Shown here: positions 33,640 through 45,423 of the stretch, in pieces
Position numbering within the stretch: the stretch's first letter is position 1
Layout of the letters: each line of letters starts with the position of its first letter
Made by a program: the position numbers and the translations under genes
Notes under the pieces: generated by a model
The model's input: only the letters and a program-made list of their open reading frames with translations
What the model was told of the DNA's origin: nothing
The model's database searches: none
Origin: Rebecca billardiae RCC1528
Lineage: Eukaryota; Protista; Haptophyta
Assembly (NCBI GenBank): GCA_965240325.2
Contig: OZ251232.1
Coordinates: 372,001 to 436,000, forward strand
Direction: 5' to 3'
DNA: 64,000 bases

Positions 33640-34100
33640 TGATAGCGGCGTGTAAGCGCTTTGGATGCGTGTGGTGCGTGAGCTCCTGTGGCGATGCGGA
33701 ACGCGAGTCCCTGACTGTGTCTGCACTGGGCAATGGCCGACAGACGGACACGAAACGATGAGGCGAGCTTCCAGACACCACATCCGCACAGCGACTTTTG
33801 ATCTCAAGTCCGGGGATTGCAACTGCAAATAACAAAGTTGATGAAATCGGTTCAGCACTTAGTCGTTGACAAATTAACTTTGATAGTACGCGTGCAGCTT
33901 GGATAAGAAAACTGGAAGCAGCGGACGGACATCACTAGTCGTGCAGAAATTGACGAGACATCTCTAGGATGCTCGTCAACTGTTCAGGCTGTAGATTGGA
34001 ACTCAAGGAGGGTTTGTTTATCCGGAAATCCCAGTGTGGGTCTCTTTTCCCAGTGGCTCTCAGCGTGGAAAACCCCGAACAACTCGGATAACCTCGGACA
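33640..34100 (-). repeat. 3' LTR
   Basis: Direct repeat of 41575-42035. Confidence 0.95.
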
Positions 34101-34131
34101 CCCCCCCACAATCGGAAGCTTACCCTGTGAC

Positions 34132-35680
34132 TTATTTGTCCAGGACAAAAGCATGAAGCATCCGATGTAGGAACTTCAAGAAGTCCGCCTTTGGTAACGC
34201 CTTGGTGAATATATCAGCAATATTCTCAGCAGTGTGGACTTTCTCCACGACGACTGCGCCCAATTCCACGCAATCGCGGATAAAATGATGGCGCACGTCT
34301 ATGTGCTTGGAGCGGCGATGGTGAACGGCATTCTTGGACAGATCTTTCGCCCCCTTATTATCTTCGTGGATGACCACGTGATTTGGGCATGTCTGACCAA
34401 GTAGATCGGTAAGTACATCTCTGAGATATACTGCCTCCTTGGCTCCCTCAGAAAGAGTGATGTACTCCGCTTCACACGAGGATAAAGCAGCGATAGACTG
34501 CTTGAACGAGCGCCAGGTGACTGGAGCACCGGCGAAGAAATAAACGTATCCTCCGGTGGAGCGTCGCCGTTCGGCATCATTGGCCCAATCCGAGTCCACA
34601 AACATTTCGTTGTGAATGTATCTCGGCTGCGCAGGATCGCGCTGTGAAGCCGCTGCCTTGCTGATATATTTCAGTCCCACGGTGCGAGTACCAGCGAGAT
34701 ACCGCAACACGCGTTTGGCTGCCACCATATCGGTGGAGTCAGGCTTTGCCATCTTCCGTGCGAGCATGTTCACCGCGTAGCTGATGTCAGGACGACACGC
34801 GTTCATGACAAACAGCAGCGCGCCGACGAGAGCACGAAATTTCGATGCATCTCGGTCGCTCAGCGCCTCGCCCTCAGGCTCTGGCTGGCTGTTGCTCACT
34901 CGCATCGGAGTCTCGGATCCGCTCAAATTGGACACGGAGTGCTTCTCAAGCAACTCGCTGATGTACTTGCTCATGTGAATGAGCGTACAATCGCGCTCCT
35001 GTCGGATACTCAATCCGACAAAGCTGTCCAGCGGACCGAGGTCCTTGACTTCGTAAAATTTGCCTAGCTCGGCGATGATCCCCTTGGGGCGATTCTTGTC
35101 TGCCGAGTTGCTCATGACGATAATATCGTCGACGTAAACACCGATGATATCGGTTACGTCTTTCTCACGCCTGATGTAAATGCACCAAGATTGTGCCAGG
35201 CGCTCGAAACGAATCTTGAGCAGAATTTTGTGGTTGTGCAAGTACCACATACGACTCCCTTGTTTGAAGCCGTTCAAATTCTTAATTGCTCTGCCAGCTG
35301 CAATCTCATTTTCACCTGGTGACAGATTGTGATGATACAGCGGCGGCAAGCTGATGTACATGTTTGTACTCTCAGCGTCAGCATTGAGGAATGCTGTGGC
35401 TGCATCTGCTCCGTGTGCCAACCAAGGACGCTGAGGGCTCCTGTAATAGGTGGCGATCGCGAGCAGCAGCCTGACTTCCTCGTACCTGATGGTAGGAGAG
35501 AAGACTTCATCGTAATTCAAGCCCTTGATCTGTCGGAAACCTTGCACGACCAAGCGCGCTTTGAATTTCTCGACAGTGCCGTCAGGCTTGGCCTTTACCT
35601 TGAAGACCAGCTTCGACGGAATAACCTTCGTATTCTTCGGTACCAAGACCGGCTTAAAGGTTTTGAGATTCTCGATATTC
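34132..35680 (-). CDS. Copia RT and RNase H (frameshifted from part 1)
   Basis: KFKARLVVQGF.Q..GLNYDEVFSP, YVDDII, CRPDISYAV, FVDSDWA, SSCEAEY, KHIDVRHHFIRD, ADIFTK. Confidence 0.92.
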
Positions 35681-38600
35681 GGCCATAATAGCTTTGGCCC
35701 ACTCATCTGCGTACTCGGACTCCAAAGCTTCCTTGACGGAATTGGGTACCGGAATGTTCGCAGCGAGTCTTACGAGGTTCGCATGCTGTTCAACGCTCAA
35801 AGCGCGTTCCAGCAGTCGATTGGAGCGGCGCACTGCGCCTCCGAGGGACGTTGGCCTGTCCAACTCGGTTTCCTCCAATGTCTCATCCTCCTCATCATCT
35901 GCCTCTTCTCCATCGCGATCAGTCTCAGACGTGCCGCGCACATGACTGCCGTCAAACGGCGAAACGGCTTGGTCGGTGTCTTGCGACTGACGCTCTGGCG
36001 GATCACGCTCGTCATCTGACGAGTCGTCTATGTCCTCGAGAGCAGGTTGAGGAGGTGGCTTGGAAGCCTTATCCTTGGGACCGCCCCCCCAGGTCAACGT
36101 GCCCGCAGGAGCGTTGAGCGGCGGAAGCGACTCTGGATCATAATCGAACAGGTGCTGCTCGTTGAATTTGACGTGCCTCGTGGAGATGACGCTGGCGTTG
36201 TCTTCAGCTAGGACTATGTAGCCCATGCTGCGACGCACGCTCTGCGTCGTGTCTACGTAGCAGTCAAATCCGTAGCCGAGCAGATATCCCTGCTTCGCGC
36301 GGGGTGAAAGCTTGTTCAGCTTAAGGCCCTGCGTGAGAAACACACACGGGGAACCCCAGATCCGGAGTTTGGATATGTACTTGGCCGGTGACGTACCAAA
36401 CACCTTCTCGTGCGGGGACTGAGTGTCACCGGCGCGAGTGAGAAGATTGCGCTGGAGTGTGGAGCACTTGGCTGCCCAGTACCACCAGCGATACGCCATT
36501 CCGGACTGCAGCAGCATAGCGCGCGCATCGGTCATAACGACACCAAGTGCGCGCTCGGCTACACCGTTGTGCTGCGGCGTGTGGGGCGGAGAGGTGTTAT
36601 TACGCAGCATATCGTGCTGCCGAAGCACCTCCTGCCACAACGCTGAGTTGAGCTCCTTGCCTCCATCGATGTGAATGCTGCCGCCGGCAATGCCGGTGCC
36701 GCGCATTGTAGCGCCCAGCGTGCTGGCGCCGAGCTCATCGATCATGAAGCGGAGCTTCTCGGGGGCTTCCGACTTGGCTTTCATGGCATAAAAGCGCATG
36801 TAACCAGAGTAATCATCCACAAATATGATGCCCCATCGCGGTACTCCGCTAGGCAGCCCGTTGATCGGCCCAACGACATCAACGTGGATGAATTGCAGCG
36901 GCGCGGTTGCGCGCTCGCGGGTGCCGGGAAAAGGCTTAGCCTTCAACTTGGCAACATCGCCCTGAAGCACGCGGTCGGCCTTGGCCGTATCCGCGCCTTC
37001 AACGAGCTTGCAAGTAGCCGAGACGGCATCCTGGTCGGCGGAGCCAAAGCGGAGCCGCCACAGCCTTGCAGAATGCTTGTCGCGCGCGCGCTGAGGCTCA
37101 GGCGCGCCAGCATTCCCGGGCGGCGGCGCACTCGCGCCGCCCGACCCAGTCTCGTTGCCACGTGCGTCGAGTGCGCGAGCACACGAAGGCACGATTGGCG
37201 CGAGTTCAAGACTGTAGTCATCTCGTAGATACGCGCGCCGATCTCCAAGCTGGAGATACGGCTGCTTACCGAACACGGCGGTGCAGCCCGCGCGCGCGAA
37301 CGACTGCACCGAAAGCAGTGTAGTCTGAAGACTCTGCACCGCGACAACACCAGTGAGCCTAACTCGGAACTCTTGCTGGCGAGCGTCGGTGATCACGACG
37401 TGAAGGACACCGCGACACGTGGCGCGGAGCCTCGCGCCTTGCTTCGCGCTGTTGACTTCGAAGTCGGCCGGCTGCCGGTCAGTCAACAAATGCGCGAGCG
37501 AGTCATCCAGAAACGACTGACTGGCGCCCGAGTCCAAGTACGCGCGGAACGTTGTGGGAGCGACCGATACATCTCGGCGCTGCTCCACCCGCGCCATCTT
37601 GGCCGTGCGTCCGTTGTCGTCAGCAGCAGGGATGTCAATAAAGTGACTCCTCTGCGTGCCCTTCTGGGGCGTATTTTTGTTCTTGTTTCCTCCACCGTTG
37701 CCGGCGCGCGCACCACCGCGCGCGCCCCCCTTAGCCTTAAGCTCCGGGTGCAACTGCCAGCACCTATCAACGGTGTGGCCTGGCTTGCCGCAGTGATTGC
37801 ACTTCGGCTTGGGAGGGTGAGGCGGGTGCTGTTGCTGCCCAGCCTGCATGGCGGCGGCGCGCTCATGTTGAGCTTTGGAGGGTTCCCCTCGCATCAGCTG
37901 CTGCTGATGATGCTGAGGCTGGCGCGCGCCGCGCTTGGCATCATTTTTGTTTTTATTGTTGTTGTGGATTTGCGCCTTGGCGGCCAAGTGGCGCTGCCAG
38001 GCGTCTTCCATCTGCGCCATAAGCTGGCTAGTGTTCTTCACACACTCAGCTGGCGAAATGGCGCCAAAGTATGAGATCACAGTCTCATAAATTTCAGGCG
38101 ATGCGTGCATGCTGTCATACAGCTTGAACACGAGTAAAGTGGCATCGTCGAGACTGCGGAAGCGCGACGAGCGCACTCGCTCAACGGATTGCCTGATAAT
38201 GTCAGCCGCGTTGTTAGGCGGCGACTTGTCTCGAGGATACAGCTTGAGGTACTCTGCCCTCAGCTCCGACATCGTAGTGATGCGTAGTTCCTCTTCAAAG
38301 ACTTCCAGCAGCGATTCGAGATCGAGGTACCCTTTGGTCGGGTCATTGATCTGCTGCTTGGATTCAAGGTACGCAAAGAGTTGCGGGTTCATAGCGTCTG
38401 TAATGCGCTTAAAAAGCACTTCAGCCGAGCGGCTGTAGACAGACGAGAGGGTCACCCCCCTGTCCGCGTCCGGCAAGGATTTGTAGGGCTCAATTTTTTC
38501 ACTCGAGCGAACCCAATTGGATTCTTGGACGAGCTTGAAGCCTGATCCTTTGTCAGATGCAAGGGTGACTATCGTGGTAGATAAGTCGGTCGGGCGTCCC

Positions 38601-41575
38601 TTGTAGAGCGCTCGCATTTCCGCGAGTGAGTCTCGAATTACAGAGTGGACAGCCCGCTTCGACTTAATCGAACTCTGGGTGAGTTTCGAATTTGCCGATG
38701 ATTTGGTCGTGACCTCGTGAAGCGCGAAAGCGCGTTCGGGCACGATGGCGGACGTCGCGGATGCGGCGAAATCGCTCTCGGTGCCGACCACGATCCAGTC
38801 GCACGAGGCATCGTAGGAGGAGAACGGTGTCTCCGGTGCACCGCTTGACTCACGAGGCGTAGTATCATGCACGTGATCCGCCTCGGAATGGTGCGCCTCC
38901 GTCGCGGAGGCTTGCTCAGGGTCCGCGCGCGGGCTCGCGCCCGCGGGCGTGCTGCTGCTGCAGCTGCTGAGTTCTGAGCCGCCATCAGCCCCTGAGTCAT
39001 CCGACTGCGGGTGATGGTCAGGCTTCGCAGGCTTGTCATCGTCATCGTCATCGTCATCGTCATCATCGCTGTCCCCAGGGCTCCAGCCATCAGGGCTGAG
39101 CTCCCGTGAGAGACTGTCGATGGAAGCGAGCTCGCGAGGAACGTGCTCAGGCAGTGTGACGTCGTTGCAGTGATACTGCACGTCATACTGCGCGAGGAGC
39201 TTGTCTTTCCAGCGATACTCTTCGGTGACGGTACGATCCAGCATTGCTATGTGCTGGTAGTACGAAGCCTCGTGGTAGAGGTAAGCGAAGGCTGATACCT
39301 CGCGAGCCGACGCAGGGTCGAGCTCAACAAGATCTTTCGGGTAGCCGTCGGACCAGTGGCCCGAGTGCTTGGCCCCCGCAGCGTAATGCTGCTGGTACTT
39401 GACGAGGCACCGGATCTGGCAGCACTCACCCAAGTGTGCCATCTGGTACTCGTCGGCGCACTTCAATGAGCACACCATCGCGATGCCGCAGAGCGAGCAT
39501 CGGTAGCGCACGCTGCGCGCGCTGCAACACGGGTTGTTGCAGCACTCGCGGCAGCTGCTGTCGATGTCGTTGTCATCGTACAGCCCATCGATGTCATCCC
39601 AGCCGACATACGGGTTCTCGAGGGCACCGTTCGAAAAATCGGCGCCAGGCGGCATGTTGGGATGCACATCGATCGTGCAGATCTCATGTAGCATGATGAT
39701 GATCTGCGCGCCTGACTTGTCATAGCCAAGTCCGGCGACGACAGTCGGGTCGCATTTCTGCAACAAGAGAGTCAGCTGACGCGACCAGGTCACAAAGACC
39801 CCTGCGTAATTACTCGACTCTAGGTACGGCCGGTTGGCACAGTAGCGATGCATACTGAAAGGCCATGTGGCCGGCCTGGCCAGGTCAATATGCGGCTCCC
39901 AGGCCCGCTCGACGTTGTGCCAGTTATGCGGCTCGAGCCATACTGGCGGGTCAGGGAAGAGGACTTCAAGCACCAAGATGGGCTTGAGCGTCTCAATCCC
40001 ACCGCTGGGCCTGCAGGGCACGCAGAATGGGCCTGGGGCGATTGTCAGCAGTGCTTTCAGCACGCAGCACAGCGGCGCGTCAGCGCTCGCGCCCCAGCCG
40101 CCACGCACCCGTTTGAGTGCGTATGGCGCGGCCAACTTGAAGGCTTGCACGAGGAGGCCCTCCACTGCTTCCTTGGCAGCGGCCGTGACGAAGCTCGTCA
40201 TCTCCTCGTGGTACGACCTGAACTCGTTCGAGAACGAGGGTCCGAGGTTGTCCGCAATTATCCGCTGCAGATCGTAAAAATCCAGCCGCGAGAGCGGGCT
40301 GTCAGGCCCGTCGTCGACCAGGCTGAGGATCTTGCAGATGCGGTTGAACGCCTCAAGCGTGTGCGGGGTACGCGGTCCAACACGCATCTGCGTCTGCAGG
40401 TAGCGGATGAGCGGGTCGATGGCTCCGTTGGAGAACTGCCCTAAGTACTGCCCGAGCGCCGAGCCAGGCTCGGCCACCCCGACACCTGATGGACCGGCGC
40501 CATCGTAGGCGCGGATCGGGTGATCGATCACGGCGGTCGCCTGTTTGGCCGGTGCCGCCGGAGGATCGGCTTTGGCAGGGGGCGAGTCTCCTTTCGCACA
40601 TTGCTCTTCGAGCGTGCGGAGAGGTGAGTCATCGACATCGCTCGGCAGGGACGGTGAAGGATCACCGTCCGCCGCCCGCGGATCAGCCGCAGCTGAGTTA
40701 TTGCCGCCACATGGGCGCTTATTGGGCGACTGCCCAGCCTCACGATCGGGGCTCCGATCGGGGCGAGAGCGCTTGTCGCGCGAGCTAGTCTGATCTAGCT
40801 GCTTCGACCGATGGTCATCGGTCTGAAGCGTCTGGCCCGACCGAGGGTCGGCCTCGCGCGAGCCGCCGCGCGATTGCTCGCGCGGCCGCTGCGCCTGTTT
40901 GGGCGGCACCGCGCCGGAACCATCCGGTGCGTGCACAACCCGCGGCCCGTGGCCGCCTTGTCCGCCGCGACCATGCGCGTGGCCGGACTTGTGCGAGCCG
41001 CCGCGCGATTGCTCGCGCGGCTGCTGCCTCGCCTCGGGCGGCACCACACCGGACGAATCCGGTGCGTGCGCGACCTTTGGCTTGCGCCCACGGCGCGGGC
41101 CGCGGCCGCGACCGTGCGCGGGACCGGACTGGCCGTGGACGGCCTCCGACCCGGAGGTCGGCTGCTCCTTGGGCTTCTTGAAACGCGGGACCACCTTGTC
41201 GCCCTGCCTGATGGTCGCCTTGCCCTTGGGCTGCTCCTCGATCTGCTCCTCGGTCTGCTGGTGCTCCTCGTTGGCGATCATGCGCTGGAAGCGGTTGCGG
41301 CACTTCGGCTTGTTCTGGACCTGCGCGTCCTGGTCAGACGGCGGCATGCCGTTGTTCTCCTGCGAGTTCTCGCAAGCCTCCTTCTCCGCCTCCTTCTTCG
41401 CCTGCTCATACTCCGCCTCCGCCAGCTTCTTCGCGATGCGCGCCTGTTCGAGCCGGGCGGCGCGCGCTTTCTCGCGCAGGAAGCGGATCTCCTCGGGCTT
41501 CCCAGCAACGACCTGGAGGTAGGTGATATCGCCGTCGTACTTCGCATCCGACTATTCCGAGCCGTTTGTCGACAT
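35654..41575 (-). CDS. Copia polyprotein part 1: N-terminal extension with MYND-like finger, Gag zinc knuckle, protease, integrase; in-frame TAG at codon 8
   Basis: CNHCGKPGHTVDRC, AYLDSGASQSF, IHVDVVGP..FVDDYSGY..IDGGKEL..PQHNGVAER. The ATG at 41575 is in frame with the ORF-track start at 41347, across a TAG at 41552-41554. Confidence 0.85.
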
Positions 41576-42035
41576 GATAGCGGCGTGTAAGCGCTTTGGA
41601 TGCGTGTGGTGCGTGAGCTCCTGTGGCGATGCGGAACGCGAGTCCCTGACTGTGTCTGCACTGGGCAATGGCCGACAGACGGACACGAAACGATGAGGCG
41701 AGCTTCCAGACACCACATCCGCACAGCGACTTTTGATCTCAAGTCCGGGGATTGCAACTGCAAATAACAAAGTTGATGAAATCGGTTCAGCACTTAGTCG
41801 TTGACAAATTAACTTTGATAGTACGCGTGCAGCTTGGATAAGAAAACTGGAAGCAGCGGACGGACATCACTAGTCGTGCAGAAATTGACGAGACATCTCT
41901 AGGATGCTCGTCAACTGTTCAGGCTGTAGATTGGAACTCAAGGAGGGTTTGTTTATCCGGAAATCCCAGTGTGGGTCTCTTTTCCCAGTGGCTCTCAGCG
42001 TGGAAAACCCCGAACAACTCGGATAACCTCGGACA
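41575..42035 (-). repeat. 5' LTR
   Basis: Direct repeat of 33640-34100. Confidence 0.95.
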
Positions 42036-42126
42036 AAAAACAGCCGCTGAGCCCTGAGGCTGTCACGGCTGTGACAGTTTCCAGTTGAGTCTGCGCGAGC
42101 CGCCGAGCCCGAAGCCAAAAAGCGTA

Positions 42127-42245
42127 AAACTACAGCAGGAAGACTTCGCCCGTGGTCCCCCACCGGACTACTACCTTCCCGGTTACACGCTTAACTTCGG
42201 AGTTCGGATGGGATCCGGTGTTTTCGTGCACCTATGGCCGTAGAT
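42127..42245 (-). rRNA. 5S rRNA: 5S rRNA gene (single copy in this window)
   Basis: Reverse complement ATCTACGGCCATAGGTGCACGAAAACACCGGATCCCATCCGAACTCCGAAGTTAAGCG...GGGGGACCACGGGCGAAGTC..GCTGTAGTT, followed by oligo-T Pol III terminators. Confidence 0.95.
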
Positions 42246-42386
42246 GAAAAGTGTCATCGAAATTGACTGTCTGAACCCTTGCAAAGTCAATACTACGGTA
42301 CTTTATGCCTTATCGCCGCCAGACGCCAGTGTCGTCTCGCGGACGTCCGGGCTGCCGTTGAGAGAAGGCTGCTCACGAGGGCCGCC

Positions 42387-42983
42387 ATGTGGCTGTGGCG
42401 GAGTGGGTACGCTGACCAGCGTGAGGTCGCGGCGGCGGCAGGTGTGGCGGTGGCGGCGGCCGAGCGATGGACAGATGACATGGACTACATGCTCCGCCTT
42501 TCCGTGCGCAATCGTCAGTTCGACTGGCAGGCAGCAGTCGGTGACATGGCCAGGTATGTCGAAGCGACTGCGCACTCTGGCATCGACGCCTGCCCGCTCA
42601 AGCCTAGCGAGGTGACCACCGAAGTGCTCCGCGCCCGATGGGTGCAGCTCGACCGTGAATCATGCGACTTCTTTCGACGCGAGCTCGCCGACCAGGCACC
42701 TCCAGCATCGGTGCCCGAGGAGTCGACGCCATCACCGCCAGCCCCTCGCGGCACAAAGCAGCCTGCGCCAGCACGCCCTGCGGCGCCCGCGCCGACCATC
42801 GAGCTGGTTGCAAAGGCGGAAGCAGCTGTGCACGGCCACGAGCATGTACTCGTCGAGACTAAGCTGCCACGAGTCGACGGAACCGCCATCGGGTCGAGCG
42901 TGGAGCACGTGCTGGACATGCTCGACGTGGATGGGCTCCTCGAGCAGCTGGAGGCAAAGTCCGAGCTCGAGCGCACTTCATGA
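42387..42983 (+). CDS. Small protein with a Myb/SANT-like domain
   Basis: RWTDDMDYMLRLSVRNRQFDWQAAV...TTEVLRARWVQL shows the three spaced Trp of Myb/SANT. Confidence 0.55.
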   Translation: MWLWRSGYADQREVAAAAGVAVAAAERWTDDMDYMLRLSVRNRQFDWQAAVGDMARYVEATAHSGIDACPLKPSEVTTEVLRARWVQLDRESCDFFRRELADQAPPASVPEESTPSPPAPRGTKQPAPARPAAPAPTIELVAKAEAAVHGHEHVLVETKLPRVDGTAIGSSVEHVLDMLDVDGLLEQLEAKSELERTS

Positions 42984-43229
42984 CGCGCGCATGACGCGCG
43001 ACGCGCGACGCCGGCGTCAGCAGTCTCAGGCTGGCGCTACCGCGGCGCGCCCGCCGCGGAGTAGGCTGCAGGCTGCCGCCGAGACACGGCGCCGCTCGCG
43101 TGTGGGCGTGACTGCGTGCCGGCTCATGCAGTACTAGTGGTGGCACGGGTCCGACTCGCGGGTCCGAGTCGGCCCGCAGCCCGAGCCCGGGCTGGCCGGC
43201 AGACCCCGCGGAGCTGCCAGCTTCCAGAC

Positions 43230-44062
43230 CAGGGCTGGGAGTTCGTGATCACGTGAGCGTGTGATATCACGGCGTGATCACGTCACTCGTGACGCGTCAC
43301 CTGACGTCAGTCACGTGGCAAGCGGCCAGCGGGGCCCGCGGCCAATGGCGGGCCTCCGATGAGTCCGTCACTCTCCGGTCCGACTCGAGTGCCGCCCGCC
43401 CGGGGCCGGGGCCCTCCGACCCGGTTACGCGGCGAATCGGATCAAACGCGCGGCTTATTCACCGCGCGGTCCGCGGTACTAGTTGATGACGCCGTACGGC
43501 GTCGATCGGTATTCCGGTAATCCGTACTCCGAGTCCGTAGGCATATTGTTACCAGTTGATGTGGCTTAATAGTTAATACACAATTATAAGTGACAATAAT
43601 AAGTCGGCCGGTGACCCGGACTTATGGCTTAGTTCTTCTTATATATATATTAATATATATATGCAGTGAGATCGCCGTTATTAAAATGTTGGCTGTATGA
43701 AATAGTTACTAGCAGTTAGGCCCGCCAAAATTATAAAATAATAATAATAAATTTCTTCGCCTCAGGCGGCCGCGGCAAGGCCCCGGGGGGAGACCCCCCG
43801 GATCCCTGAACCCCCCCGGCTGGGCCGGACTCCGTCACGTGAGTAGTAGTCGTGATGTCACTTTCACGACAGGCTCACGTCACACGTGATGAGTCGTGAT
43901 CACCGAGGCACGTCGTGCGCCCGTAGGGCAGACGACGTCGACGGCAGACGTGACGACACATGATGATCAGATCATCTAGTGATGATGGTCGTAACCGACT
44001 GTCTCATGTCTGGTCACCGTGCAGTCCGTGCACGACGCCGAATCGCATTCCTGGCAGCCCTG
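43230..44062. mobile_element. hAT-like non-autonomous element
   Basis: CAGGGCTG...CAGCCCTG termini; 8-bp TSD TTCCAGAC (43222-43229/44063-44070); GTGA/TCAC subterminal repeats at both ends. Confidence 0.88.
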
Positions 44063-45423
44063 TTCCAGACCCAGTTGGCCAGTTGGCGCCTTGGCGGAGT
44101 TGCGGTTACACTGGCGCGTGGTGCCAGCAATGCTCAGCCACGACAGTACTTAGTGGGCGCCAAACTGTACGATATTCATCAAGCTACGCCTACGGCTACT
44201 CGGCTCGAACTGCCTCGAACTTTCATCATCATCTGATTCTGAAAGTTTTAAATTAATCAGTATAAAGGTCTTAAATGAAGCCAGTTGCTCCAGAGTGCCG
44301 GGGGTCTTATGATGACGAGTCACTCCCAGGGACACTGACCCGAAAGCGGGCGCCCGCCGCCGCTGCTGAGTCACTGCTAGCTGAGTGGGCCAACGGTGTC
44401 GAGTAGCCACTGCCAGTGCTACTGCTAGGCCGGACTCCGCAGTCCGTCACCCCGACTCCGAGTCTCCAACACCATGGCGGACCAATCACAATCGGTTGCC
44501 GTGAGGCGGGTCCGCCCGGCCCCAGGCGCGGCCGGCGGGGCACCAGCGCCACCCGGGAGTCAGCTGTCAGGGACCCGGCGAGGCGACGACACTGTTGAGC
44601 AGTGTGAGCCGGCGTCGCGGTCAGTGCCAACGGCAACTGTCGGGCGGCACCTGTGGCTACTTGACTCGGTCGCACCGTAGCTGCGCTGCCATACACCGCG
44701 CTTCGTCTCAACTCATTTCACAGCTCCGTCCACCCCGCCCCGCCCAATGTCAAACTCTCCGGAATATGCCGACCGCGCTTACCAATGATCAAGTAGTGGT
44801 CACCCGCTGCTGGGCGCGGCTGCCGTTCAGCAGCTCATCAGCACGGTCGCATGGCCGCAGCCGCCGCCCGCCGCCCAACTGACACCAAAACTCTGGTCCG
44901 ACTGCCAACCATCCGCAAGTGGAGCGCCGCGTGTGTCAGCTCAGCCGACATGAACAGGCATGCAGAGCGCTAGACGTGGTCAGGAGTCGGTGGGAGGCTC
45001 AAGAGTGCAGCAGAGGCGTTGCGGGCAGCGGGGACGGCCATCCATCATGATCGAGGGTGGTCATCCATCACGCGTCCGGTGGGCCGGACGCGCAAAGTTT
45101 CGGGTTTTCAAATGATTTGACGGGTGATGGGGGCTTCTGACAACCACTGATGAGGACTCCCCAGCCAATCACGCCGTCCAAGGAGAATCGTCGGCGGCGG
45201 TTCGGCCACACGCCGAAATACTTGTAACGCAACAAGCAATGGGCGGCCGTTTCCATCCGATTTCTGAGATTGGTGATTAGTACCGTAGCGCGCGGACGGC
45301 GGGACGGGTCGTGGGCGATTCTGATGAGCAAGCGCGCGTTTGCAGATTTGAGTGCTTGCGACACCGGCCGGGGCCGCTCTTCGGCTTGCCGGTCGGAGAC
45401 TGCTTTTGCGGCGCTGTCCCGCC

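Larger units (their letters stand above)
33640..42035 (-). mobile_element. Ty1/Copia LTR retrotransposon, full length (8.4 kb)
   Basis: Two 461-bp TG..CA LTRs, identical as read; TSD AAAAA (33635-33639/42036-42040); G-run PPT at 34101-34107; Copia domain order Gag-PR-IN-RT-RH. Confidence 0.97.

Noticed and set aside
38768-38792. Internal PBS-like TGGTCGGCACCGAGAG in the Copia
   Set aside because: It lies ~2.8 kb from the LTR, inside the ORF, with no convincing tRNA T-arm complement.
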